Numbered from the stretch's first letter, positions 15,906-24,639 are shown. The stretch is 25,769 bases of DNA from Oscillospiraceae bacterium (GCA_051882075.1 JBJERC010000074.1:4629-30397); one strand, 5' to 3'. The notes: generated by a model not told the origin, from the sequence alone. Translations and numbers: made by a program.

Positions 15906-16988
15906 TTATTCTTCCGCCACTGTCTTTTGCGAACCGGTCGGCGAGCAGTAAAGGTCGGAAATAAGTATCTTTGAGCCGTCCTTTTTCACGCCGACAATGC
16001 ACACGGGACGCTTGTAGCTGCCGCCGATATTATCTTTATAATCGTCGATCGAAAAATCGTATTCCGAGACGGGCAGAGACGAACCGGGCGACAGCTTGTA
16101 AAAATCGTAGGTTTCGGGCGAAACCATTCCGACTTCCTCCGCCGAGATCTCGTCAGCGTCCGAAAGGCTTTCAAGCCGCACAAGCTCGGGCTTTTGCGCC
16201 GTATAACTCGGAGCCTCCTCTTCGCCGCTTCCTGAGAAATACTTGTTCTTTATTTTAAGCGTGTCGACCGCCGCCGCGCTGCTGTAATTTGCCTTACCGC
16301 CCGTTCTCACAAAACAGCTAACGACCGTGACGGTTATCTCCTCGCCCTGCAAAGCGGCAGTTTCGGGGTCTATCTTAAATTTAACGTTCTCGACAGTTTC
16401 TTCCTCGTCAAGCGTGCTGTAGCTGCAAACCGCCCCTTTGTCGTAAGTAACCTCGCCGCCGCAGATTACGAATGTGTGTATCATTCCGTATTTCGTTTCA
16501 CCCTCTATCGCAGGAAAAAACACCTTGTAGCTGAGCGAATACCTGTCCGAAATGGGAACTCCGCTTTCATCGCTGCTGTACCGAAGCGTTGATAAGCCGA
16601 TATATGCGCCGTTTTCCGAAGCCTCGCCCGAGTCTGTCGATATTGCGATAATGCCGCTCTCGCTTTCCGTCGGCTTTTCGCTGTCAGTTAAATATACGCT
16701 TTCAAAAACTTCCGATTCTTCGTCCGCCGCCGTCCGTGCGTCGGTTTCTATCATGCGGTCTGTCGAGAAAAGCTGCGTTATGCAGACGACCGCCGCAAGC
16801 GCCGCCGTGCAGACTATCGGGAAAAATATCCTGAATACGCCCGTTTTTACGCTCTCAAAACTTATGTAAGCGTTTTTCTCTATCTTCTTCCAGTCGCCGA
16901 CATTTTTGCAAGCCTTGTCAATATCAGACCGCAGAAGCTCTTCTGTCTCTTTAAGCTCGCTGTCTGTAAGCTCAAATCTCTTTTTCAT
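15906..16988 (-). CDS. Single-pass membrane protein, putative anti-sigma factor with an uncharacterised extracytoplasmic domain
   Basis: 360 aa with a single TM segment (VFRIFFPIVCTAALAAVVCITQLF) after about 50 cytoplasmic residues. ATGA start/stop overlap with the upstream ECF sigma gene, with SD aaggag inside the sigma gene's 3' end. No HxxxCxxC (ZAS) motif. Confidence 0.6.
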   Translation of the reverse strand: MKKRFELTDSELKETEELLRSDIDKACKNVGDWKKIEKNAYISFESVKTGVFRIFFPIVCTAALAAVVCITQLFSTDRMIETDARTAADEESEVFESVYLTDSEKPTESESGIIAISTDSGEASENGAYIGLSTLRYSSDESGVPISDRYSLSYKVFFPAIEGETKYGMIHTFVICGGEVTYDKGAVCSYSTLDEEETVENVKFKIDPETAALQGEEITVTVVSCFVRTGGKANYSSAAAVDTLKIKNKYFSGSGEEEAPSYTAQKPELVRLESLSDADEISAEEVGMVSPETYDFYKLSPGSSLPVSEYDFSIDDYKDNIGGSYKRPVCIVGVKKDGSKILISDLYCSPTGSQKTVAEE

Positions 16989-17575
16989 TGCGTTTGTCTC
17001 CTTTCCTGTTCGTTTTGTCTTTCACAGCGCAGCTGCCTTGCCGCAAGCCTTATCGCTTTCTGATAGCGTGATTTTGCGGTGCTTTCGGGTATCTTCAAAA
17101 ACGCTGCGATCTCTTTAAATGTCATACGGTTGTATACTTTAAGTATAAGCACGACCCGATATTTCTTCGCAAGCCTCCTCACCGCCTCGAGCGCACCCGA
17201 AAGCTCCGAGCCGTTTTCAAGCGGAAGCTCACGCTCCATTCTGACCGCACCCGACCGAAAGCGCATCTCGCTGCGGTAAAGCTCTCTCGATACGTTTTTT
17301 GCGACGCCGAGAATAAACGCCGATTCCGAGCCGCCTTTTTTGAAAGAGCCTGCCGCCTGCGGAAGCCTTATAAAGGTTTCCGAAACGCAGTCCTCCGCAA
17401 TTGTCGGGCTGCCGTAAAGACCGAGACTGAAAGCGTATACCGCCGATCTGTATTTCAGATACAGCCGCTCGAGCGCACGTTTGTCGGCGGCACATTCGGC
17501 AAGATCGCAGCTTTTGCTGTCGGAAAGCTCGTCCGCAGCAGAGCCTACCGCCGCCGCAAAGCTTATCTGTTCCAT
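16985..17575 (-). CDS. ECF-type sigma-70 family RNA polymerase sigma factor
   Basis: Region 2-like LYLKYRSAVYAFSLGLYGSPTIAEDCVSETFIRL and region 4 HTH MTFKEIAAFLKIPESTAKSRYQKAI. I place the start at MEQISF (SD ggagg 8 nt upstream) rather than at the ORF-track ATG at 17608, which has no SD. Confidence 0.85.
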   Translation of the reverse strand: MEQISFAAAVGSAADELSDSKSCDLAECAADKRALERLYLKYRSAVYAFSLGLYGSPTIAEDCVSETFIRLPQAAGSFKKGGSESAFILGVAKNVSRELYRSEMRFRSGAVRMERELPLENGSELSGALEAVRRLAKKYRVVLILKVYNRMTFKEIAAFLKIPESTAKSRYQKAIRLAARQLRCERQNEQERRQTQ

Positions 17576-17767
17576 GTCCTTTTCCTCCGAAGATGATTTA
17601 TTATGCATAATTTTTATGTGTAGTTTTTCATATGAAATAAAATAGTGATTTATAATATAATGACTTATCAGGCGGCAAAAGATGATAATTAAGTGTAAAA
17701 TAAATATAAACTATTCATGAACTGTATCACGAAACAAAAAATTAACAAAATCACCCACCGAATTTAA

Positions 17768-17796
17768 TTGACAATAGGCATGATAGTCTGTATAAT
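17768..17796 (+). promoter_or_regulatory. Sigma-A type promoter for the marR-ABC operon
   Basis: ttgaca (17768-17773), 17-nt spacer, tataat (17791-17796). Confidence 0.65.
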
Positions 17797-17800
17797 ATAT

Positions 17801-17845
17801 GTTAGCAAGCTAACAGTCAACCGTCAAACTGTGTCATAGCTGACA
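17801..17845. promoter_or_regulatory. Candidate MarR operator palindromes between the -10 and the RBS
   Basis: gttagc-aa-gctaac (17801-17814) and tgtca-tagc-tgaca (17832-17845) sit immediately downstream of the -10. This is the usual position for an autorepressing MarR-family dimer. Confidence 0.4.
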
Positions 17846-17867
17846 ATTTATTTAGGGAGGTAATCGC

Positions 17868-18377
17868 ATGAGAGATGAACGGATATTTGAACCGCCTGAG
17901 CCGCCTTTTGAGAGCAGGCATATCGGAATGAGGGTGAAGATGCTGTCGACGCTTATCCGCCGAAGGCTAAACCGTGCCTGCCGTGACGAAGACGATGTTG
18001 TAACAGGCTCGAACGGCTGGATACTGGGGTATCTTGTGGGGCATGACGGAACGGACGTATTTCAGCGCGATCTTGAGGAGCATATAAATATCCGAAGGGC
18101 GACCGTGTCGAAAACGATAGGGCTTATGGTTCAGAAAGGGCTTATCGAAAGACAGCCCTGCCCTTATGACGCAAGGCTGAAAAAGCTTGTTATAACCGAC
18201 AAGGGAAGAAGGATTCATGAAAACTGCGATCATGAGATAATGCTGCTCGAGGAGGATCTGAGAAAGGGAATCGACCCCGAAAAGCTCGATATCTTTTTTG
18301 AGGTGTGCGAGATGATGAAGAACAATCTCTTGTCGGAGGACGAGAAAAAAGAAGAAAGGACTGATAAGCAGAAATGA
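17868..18377 (+). CDS. MarR family transcriptional regulator
   Basis: 169 aa. Winged-helix core FQRDLEEHINIRRATVSKTIGLMVQKGLIERQ...DARLKKLVITDKG. SD gggagg. Its stop overlaps the next start (ATGA). Confidence 0.9.
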   Translation: MRDERIFEPPEPPFESRHIGMRVKMLSTLIRRRLNRACRDEDDVVTGSNGWILGYLVGHDGTDVFQRDLEEHINIRRATVSKTIGLMVQKGLIERQPCPYDARLKKLVITDKGRRIHENCDHEIMLLEEDLRKGIDPEKLDIFFEVCEMMKNNLLSEDEKKEERTDKQK

Positions 18378-20125
18378 AAATTATAAAACGTCTTGCGGCT
18401 TGTATCGGAGAATATAAGAGAGATACGATACTTACGCCGCTGTTTATTGCGTTCGAGGTCGTGCTTGAATGTATAATCCCTTACATTATAGCACAGCTTG
18501 TCAATGCGCTTCAGGACGGCTGCGGAATGGACGTTATTGTAAAGTACGGGCTTATCGTGCTTGTGCTTGCGTTTCTCTCGCTTGCCTGCGGCTCGCTTTC
18601 GGGCTATTACGGCGCAAAGTCTTCCTGCGGCTTTGCGAAGAATTTAAGACAGGAGCTTTTTTACAAGGTGCAGGAATTTTCCTTCTCGAATATCGACAAA
18701 TTCTCGACTTCGAGCCTTGTGACACGTCTTACAACGGACGTAACGAACGTTCAGAACGCTTTTATGATGGTAACAAGAATTGCGGTAAGAAGTCCGTTCA
18801 TGCTTATCTTCGCACTTTCCATGTCGATAATCATGAGCCCGAGTCTTGCGATGACCTATCTGTTCGTCATACCCGTTCTTGCTATCGGACTGGGCTTTAT
18901 CATAAGCCGAGGATTGCCGCTTTTCAACCGTATTTTCAAGAGATACGACGCTCTTAACGAATCGGTTCAGGAAAACATAAGCGGAATAAGGGTCGTAAAG
19001 GCTTTCGTAAGAGAGGATCATGAGATCGAGAAGTTCGACAAGGCTTCGGGCAGGGTAAAGGATGACTTCACGGGAGCTGAAAAGCTGCTTGCGTTCAACG
19101 CTCCGCTCATGCAGTTTTCCGTTTACGTCACAATGCTCGTTATCTCCTATTTCGGCGCAAAAATGATAATCTCGTCGGGCGGCTCAGCGTTCAAGGTCGG
19201 CGACCTGTCGAGTATGCTTACATACAGTATGCAGATACTTATGAGCCTTAATATGCTGTCGATGATATTTGTAATGCTTACCCTTTCGGGCGCTTCGGCA
19301 AAGCGTATCGTCGAGGTTCTTGAGGAAAAAAGCACCATTTCCGCTCCTGAAAACGCAGTAGAAAGCGTAGCTGACGGCAGCATCGAATTTAAGAACGTAA
19401 GCTTTTCTTATTCAGAGAACGCCGACAGAAAGGTGCTTGACAATATCGACATAAGTATAAGATCGGGCGAAACTGTCGGCATAATCGGCGGTACGGGAAG
19501 CTCGAAATCCTCGCTTATACAGCTTATACCACGTCTTTACGACGTAAGCGAGGGAAGCGTGCTTGTCGGCGGCAGGGACGTTAAGGACTACGACCTTAAA
19601 GCGCTCAGAGATCAGGTCGCCGTTGTGCTTCAGAAGAATGTGCTGTTCTCCGGCACTATTGCGGAAAATCTGCGCTGGGGAAATGAAAACGCCTCGGACG
19701 AGGAGCTTGAACGTGTGTGCAGACTTGCACAGGCGGACGAGTTCGTTCAGAAGCTGCCCGATAAATACAACACCTATATCGAACAGGGCGGAACAAACGT
19801 ATCGGGCGGACAGAAACAGCGTCTTTGTATCGCAAGGGCATTGCTCAAAAAGCCGAAGATACTTATTCTTGACGACTCGACAAGCGCAGTCGACACAAGG
19901 ACGGACGCACTTATAAGAAAGGCTTTTCTTGAAGAGATACCCGACACGACAAAGATAATCATTGCGCAGAGAATTTCGTCTATACAGGACGCCGACAGGA
20001 TAATTGTCCTTGACGGCGGAAAAATAAACGGCGTCGGAACTCACGCCGAGCTTCTTGAAAGCAACGAAATTTATAAAGAGGTATATTATTCACAGAACAA
20101 AGAAAACGGAGAGGAGGAGAAATAA
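18374..20125 (+). CDS. Heterodimeric ABC exporter, subunit carrying the degenerate ATP site (permease/ATPase fusion)
   Basis: 583 aa. Walker A GGTGSSKSS and signature VSGGQKQR. The Walker B reads ILILDDSTS, with Asp replacing the catalytic Glu. Confidence 0.92.
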   Translation: MKIIKRLAACIGEYKRDTILTPLFIAFEVVLECIIPYIIAQLVNALQDGCGMDVIVKYGLIVLVLAFLSLACGSLSGYYGAKSSCGFAKNLRQELFYKVQEFSFSNIDKFSTSSLVTRLTTDVTNVQNAFMMVTRIAVRSPFMLIFALSMSIIMSPSLAMTYLFVIPVLAIGLGFIISRGLPLFNRIFKRYDALNESVQENISGIRVVKAFVREDHEIEKFDKASGRVKDDFTGAEKLLAFNAPLMQFSVYVTMLVISYFGAKMIISSGGSAFKVGDLSSMLTYSMQILMSLNMLSMIFVMLTLSGASAKRIVEVLEEKSTISAPENAVESVADGSIEFKNVSFSYSENADRKVLDNIDISIRSGETVGIIGGTGSSKSSLIQLIPRLYDVSEGSVLVGGRDVKDYDLKALRDQVAVVLQKNVLFSGTIAENLRWGNENASDEELERVCRLAQADEFVQKLPDKYNTYIEQGGTNVSGGQKQRLCIARALLKKPKILILDDSTSAVDTRTDALIRKAFLEEIPDTTKIIIAQRISSIQDADRIIVLDGGKINGVGTHAELLESNEIYKEVYYSQNKENGEEEK

Positions 20126-22062
20126 TGCCGGGACACAGACAGCCTTATATAAAAGACCCCAACGCTCCCAAGCCGCAGATAAAAAGACTGCTTAAAGACC
20201 TGTTTTCAAACTATAAGGGAAGACTTATTCTTATAATGGTGTGTATCGTTATAAGCTCGCTTGCGGGAACGGTTTCCTCGCTGTTTTTAAACAAGCTTAT
20301 AGCCGCTATCGAGGAGGGTCTTAAAGAATATTCGATAAGCGGCAGGGACGGCGCGCTTGAGGCGGCAATGCCCGAGGTCATGAAGGTGCTTGCGCTGATG
20401 ATAACCTTCTATGTTCTCGGAATTGCGGCTACGCTTACACAAACGCTCAACAGCGCAGTCGTAACGCAGGGACACCTTGCGAAAATGCGTGAGCTTATGT
20501 TCCGCAGAATGGAAAAGCTCCCGATAAAATATTTCGACACACACCCTCACGGCGATATCATGAGCCACTACACAAACGATATCGACACGTTAAGACAGCT
20601 TATTTCCCAAAGTCTTCCGCAGGCGATAATGGCAGGACTTACAATAGTTATCCTGCTTTGCGTTATGCTCTATTTAAGCGTATGGATGACGCTCGTTATG
20701 TTTGTCGGAATTTTCGTCATGTTCCTTGTGACGAAGAATATCGGCGGAAAGAGCGCAAAATACTTTGTCGCACAGCAGAAATCGCTCGGTAAGGTCGAGG
20801 GCTATATCGAGGAAATGATCGAGGGTCAGAAGGTCGTTAAGGTCTTCTGTCACGAAGAAAGATCGAAGGCGGATTTTGACAAGATAAACGGACAGCTTCA
20901 GAGCGACGCCGAAAATGCTAACAAATACGCAAATGTCCTCATGCCGATAATGGGCAATATAGGAAATATTCTTTATATCCTTATGGCGTTCATCGGCGGT
21001 CTGCTGATAACGCTCAAAGTCCCGAACCTTTCGCTTTCGGGTCAGGCAATGTCGATCGCTGTCGTTGTTCCGTTCCTTTCGATGACAAGGCAGTTCTGCC
21101 AGAACATTTCGCAGGTATCACAGCAGATAAACTCAGTTGCGATGGCTATGGCAGGCGCTTCGAGAATTTACACGCTTATCGACGAACAGCCCGAAACCGA
21201 CGACGGATATGTAACGCTCGTAAACGCAAAATACGACAAGAACAACGAGCTTATCGAGTGCGAGGAGCGCACGAACATCTGGGCGTGGAAGCACCCCCAT
21301 TCCGACGGCACGACCACGCTTACAAAGGTTCAGGGTCATGTCGAGCTTGACGACGTAGACTTCGGCTACGTTCCAGAAAAGATAGTTCTCCACAACGTTT
21401 CGATATTTGCCGAGCCGGGCGAAAAGGTTGCGTTTGTCGGTGCGACGGGCGCAGGAAAGACCACGATAACGAACCTTATCAACCGCTTCTACGACATAGC
21501 AGACGGCAAGATAAGATACGACGGAATAAATATCAACAAGATAAAGAAGAGCGATCTTCGCCGTTCGCTCGGAATCGTTTTGCAGGACACAAATCTGTTC
21601 ACGGGAACGGTAATGGAGAATATCCGCTACGGAAATCTTTCGGCGACCGACGAGGAATGTAAAGCGGCGGCAAGGCTTGCGAACGCAGACGATTTTATAA
21701 GCCGTCTTCCCGAGGGTTACAACACGATGCTTACGGGCAACGGCGCAAATCTCTCGCAGGGTCAGCGTCAGCTTATCTCTATCGCCCGTGCGGCAGTCGC
21801 AGATCCGCCCGTTATGATACTTGACGAGGCGACCTCCTCAATCGACACGAGAACTGAGGCGCTCGTTCAGAGGGGCATGGACGGACTTATGTACGGCAGA
21901 ACGGTTTTCGTCATCGCCCACAGACTTTCGACCGTAAGAAACTCCGACGTTATCATGGTTCTCGAGCAGGGCAGGATAATCGAACGGGGCAACCACGAAA
22001 AGCTTATCGCCGAAAAGGGCAAGTATTATCAGCTTTACACGGGAGCGTTTGAGCTTGAGTGA
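20125..22062 (+). CDS. Heterodimeric ABC exporter, subunit carrying the consensus ATP site (permease/ATPase fusion)
   Basis: 645 aa. Walker A GATGAGKTT, Walker B VMILDEATS, non-canonical signature LSQGQRQ. There is a 1-nt overlap with the upstream partner gene. Confidence 0.92.
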   Translation: MPGHRQPYIKDPNAPKPQIKRLLKDLFSNYKGRLILIMVCIVISSLAGTVSSLFLNKLIAAIEEGLKEYSISGRDGALEAAMPEVMKVLALMITFYVLGIAATLTQTLNSAVVTQGHLAKMRELMFRRMEKLPIKYFDTHPHGDIMSHYTNDIDTLRQLISQSLPQAIMAGLTIVILLCVMLYLSVWMTLVMFVGIFVMFLVTKNIGGKSAKYFVAQQKSLGKVEGYIEEMIEGQKVVKVFCHEERSKADFDKINGQLQSDAENANKYANVLMPIMGNIGNILYILMAFIGGLLITLKVPNLSLSGQAMSIAVVVPFLSMTRQFCQNISQVSQQINSVAMAMAGASRIYTLIDEQPETDDGYVTLVNAKYDKNNELIECEERTNIWAWKHPHSDGTTTLTKVQGHVELDDVDFGYVPEKIVLHNVSIFAEPGEKVAFVGATGAGKTTITNLINRFYDIADGKIRYDGININKIKKSDLRRSLGIVLQDTNLFTGTVMENIRYGNLSATDEECKAAARLANADDFISRLPEGYNTMLTGNGANLSQGQRQLISIARAAVADPPVMILDEATSSIDTRTEALVQRGMDGLMYGRTVFVIAHRLSTVRNSDVIMVLEQGRIIERGNHEKLIAEKGKYYQLYTGAFELE

Positions 22063-22072
22063 CAGATTTTCA

Positions 22073-22103
22073 GGACGTGCAGTAAATGTGCGTCCTTTTT
22101 CTT
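22073..22103 (+). terminator. Intrinsic terminator after the ABC operon
   Basis: Stem ggacgtgca / tgtgcgtcc (2 G-U pairs), loop gtaaa, then tttttctt. Confidence 0.8.
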
Positions 22104-22120
22104 ATTTAAAAAATCCGCAC

Positions 22121-22149
22121 TTGACAAATCGTGAAAATGGGGTTATAAT
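22121..22149 (+). promoter_or_regulatory. Sigma-A type promoter for metG
   Basis: ttgaca (22121-22126), 17-nt spacer, tataat (22144-22149). Confidence 0.65.
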
Positions 22150-22206
22150 AAAAAGGTGCATGGAAAGTCTTTCAAATGCGCAGACTAATTTTCAGGAGGA
22201 ATGACA

Positions 22207-24189
22207 ATGTCAAAGTTTTACATTACAACGCCGATCTATTATCCGTCGGGTAATCCGCATATCGGACACTGCTACACAACGGTTGCCTGCGACTCTATAG
22301 CGAGGTACAGACGAATGCAGGGCTATGACGTTATGTTCCTTACAGGTACTGACGAGCATGGTCAGAAAATTGAGGACAAGGCAAGAGAAAAGGGAATTAC
22401 CCCGAAGCAGTATGTTGATGAAATAGTCGAGGTGTTCAAGAAGCTCTGGAGCTATATGAACATCAGCTATGACAGATATATTAGAACTACCGACGATTAT
22501 CATGTCGAGGCGGTTCAGAAGATATTCAAGGAGCTTTACGACAAGGGCTATATCTATAAGGGCGAATACAAGGGCAAATACTGCACCCCCTGCGAGAGCT
22601 TCTGGACGGAAAGCCAGCTTGATGAAAACGGCTGCTGTCCCGAGTGTCACCGTGAGGTAAAGGAGTCAAAGGAGGAGGCTTATTTCTTCAAAATGTCGCC
22701 GTTTGCCGACAGGATTGAAAAGCTCCTCACCGAAACGGATTATCTCCAGCCGAAAACGAGAGCGGTCGAGCTTGTAAACAACTTTATCAAGCCGGGTCTT
22801 GAAGATCTGTGCGTTTCCCGTACCTCGTTCAAGTGGGGAATACCCGTTACGTTCGACCCCGACCACGTTGTTTATGTGTGGGTGGACGCTCTTTCAAACT
22901 ACTGCACGGCTTTAGGCTATCAGAACGGCGCATACGACGATTTTGACAAGTTCTGGCCTGCGGACGTTCACATGGTCGCAAAGGATATAATGCGCTTCCA
23001 CGCTATAATCTGGCCCGCTATACTTATGGCTCTCGACCTGCCGCTTCCTAAGCACCTTGCGGTTCACGGCTGGATAACTTTTGTCAACAAAAACGGCGAA
23101 AATCAGAAAATGTCGAAGTCGTTAGGAAACGTTGTCGACCCGTTCATGCTTGGCGAGAGATACGGAGTAGATTGCATAAGATATCACATTCTGCGTGAAA
23201 TGGCGCTCGGTTCGGACAGCGCATTTTCAAACGAGATAATGATAAACAGAATAAATTCAGACCTTGCAAACGGTCTCGGAAATCTTGTTTCAAGAACGGT
23301 CGCAATGGTAACGAAATATTTCGGCGGCACTATCCCGTCCGAGCGTGAAGCGGATACGCTTGACGAGGAGTTCAAGGCGGTCGTGCTCGGCGCAGTAAAA
23401 GAGGTCGACAGGGAAATGGACGGCACACGCATAAAGGGTGCGCTTGAAGCTATTTTCAAGGCTGTCGACCGTGCGAACAAGTACATTGACGAGACCGAGC
23501 CTTGGAAGCTTGGCAAGGACGAAAGCAAAAAGGCAAGGCTTGCGGCTGTGCTTTACAACCTGCTCGACGCTATCAGAGTTATTTCGACCCTGCTTTATCC
23601 GTTCATGCCGACCACGATGCCTAAGGTATGGGAGCAGATAGGTGCGTCTGAGGAGGACGTCAAGTACGAAAAGCTGAGCATTTTCGGCGTACTTCCCGAA
23701 AACGTAACGGTTCACAAGGGCGAGATACTTTTCCCGAGAATCGACGTCGACAAGGAGATCGAGGAGCTTAATGCGATAATCGAGAAGAACATGGCTGAGG
23801 CGAAGTCGAACCTTTCGGCTGCCGAGCTTGGCGAAGAAGCGTTCACACCCGAGCCTGTTGCAGACGAGATAGAGTACGACGATTTTGCGAAGGTCGACCT
23901 GAGAATTGCCGAGATAAAGCAGTGTGAAAAGGTGAAGAAGTCGAAGAAACTGCTTTGCTTACAGCTTGACGACGGAATGGGCGGCAGGCAGGTCGTTTCG
24001 GGCATTGCGCAGTGGTACACGCCCGAGGAGCTTATCGGAAAGAAGATAATCCTTGTTGCGAACTTAAAGCCCGTGAAGCTGTGCGGTGTCGAGTCGAACG
24101 GCATGATATGCGCCGCAGACGAGCCGGACGGTTCGGCAAAGGTGATCTTCCCCGACCAGACCCTGCCTAACGGTTCAAAGGTTCGCTAA
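22207..24189 (+). CDS. metG: Methionine--tRNA ligase with a C-terminal tRNA-binding (Trbp111/EMAP-like) domain
   Basis: HIGH motif (PHIGH), KMSKS motif (KMSKS), zinc knuckle CTPC...CPEC, and a C-terminal VDLRIAEI...VVSGIA...LKPVKLCGVESNGMI domain. I place the start at the second ATG, because SD aggagg (22194-22199) is 7 nt from 22207 but abuts 22201. Confidence 0.95.
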   Translation: MSKFYITTPIYYPSGNPHIGHCYTTVACDSIARYRRMQGYDVMFLTGTDEHGQKIEDKAREKGITPKQYVDEIVEVFKKLWSYMNISYDRYIRTTDDYHVEAVQKIFKELYDKGYIYKGEYKGKYCTPCESFWTESQLDENGCCPECHREVKESKEEAYFFKMSPFADRIEKLLTETDYLQPKTRAVELVNNFIKPGLEDLCVSRTSFKWGIPVTFDPDHVVYVWVDALSNYCTALGYQNGAYDDFDKFWPADVHMVAKDIMRFHAIIWPAILMALDLPLPKHLAVHGWITFVNKNGENQKMSKSLGNVVDPFMLGERYGVDCIRYHILREMALGSDSAFSNEIMINRINSDLANGLGNLVSRTVAMVTKYFGGTIPSEREADTLDEEFKAVVLGAVKEVDREMDGTRIKGALEAIFKAVDRANKYIDETEPWKLGKDESKKARLAAVLYNLLDAIRVISTLLYPFMPTTMPKVWEQIGASEEDVKYEKLSIFGVLPENVTVHKGEILFPRIDVDKEIEELNAIIEKNMAEAKSNLSAAELGEEAFTPEPVADEIEYDDFAKVDLRIAEIKQCEKVKKSKKLLCLQLDDGMGGRQVVSGIAQWYTPEELIGKKIILVANLKPVKLCGVESNGMICAADEPDGSAKVIFPDQTLPNGSKVR

Positions 24190-24212
24190 AACGGCACAAC
24201 GATTATACTTAT

Positions 24213-24243
24213 AACTGTACCGACCCGTTTCGGTACAGTTTAT
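24213..24243 (+). terminator. Hairpin terminator after metG (weak T-tract)
   Basis: Perfect 11-bp stem aactgtaccga / tcggtacagtt followed only by tatc. Read-through into the tRNA is plausible. Confidence 0.55.
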
Positions 24244-24246
24244 CAC

Positions 24247-24320
24247 GCAACTGTAGCTCAGTTGGATAGAGCGTCAGACTCCGACTCTGAAGGCCGCTGG
24301 TTCGAATCCAGTCAGTTGCA
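24247..24320 (+). tRNA. tRNA-Arg (anticodon CCG)
   Basis: A manual cloverleaf folds cleanly: acceptor gcaactg/cagttgc, D arm gctc/gagc, anticodon stem tcaga/tctga with loop ctCCGac, 5-nt variable loop, T arm gctgg-ttcgaat-ccagt, discriminator A. 74 nt; CCA is not encoded. Confidence 0.93.
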
Positions 24321-24337
24321 TTTCGCCGAAGGCGAAA

Positions 24338-24531
24338 TGCCGCATAAGACCGAAGGTCTTATGCCTAAGTTTAGCTTCTTCGGCTAAAGCCTCGATTTCA
24401 CACTTCGTGTGAAACCGTAAAACTTCCCCTTGTGTGCCGCATAAGACCGATGGTCTTATGCTTGAAGTTTCACTTCTTCGGCTACAAGCCTCGATTTCAC
24501 ACTTCGCATGAAACCGTGAAACTTCCCCCCT
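24338..24531 (+). repeat. Tandem direct repeat, 2 x ~97 nt, about 90% identical and hairpin-rich, non-coding
   Basis: Unit A is 24338-24434 and unit B starts at 24435. Both begin tgccgcataagaccga(a/t)ggtcttatgc and contain ...cttcttcggcta(a/c)aagcctcgatttcacacttcg..tgaaaccgt.aaacttcccc. Confidence 0.85.
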
Positions 24532-24639
24532 ATGTGTTGTGGAAAATGTTCGATTGTGCCGAAAATGCTGATAGTTCAGATTTCCCGACAAAGCGAATTG
24601 TCCTGTGTTTCGGGGAGTGTTGTGAAAATGACTATAAAC

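Noticed and set aside
17609-17767. Promoter for the ECF sigma operon in the AT-rich spacer
   Set aside because: The only sigma-A-like candidate is weak (ttgccg-17-ttataa on the minus strand), and there is no clear ECF-type GAAC/CGT motif. That is not enough support to list a feature.
22063-22206. T-box leader upstream of metG
   Set aside because: The predicted TSS-to-ATG distance is only about 50 nt. There is no specifier hairpin, no T-box sequence and no terminator/antiterminator pair.
24338-24531. Possible CRISPR array
   Set aside because: There are only two directly abutting ~97-nt copies with no unique spacers between them. The unit length is far from the 24-48 nt of CRISPR repeats, and there are no cas genes in the window.
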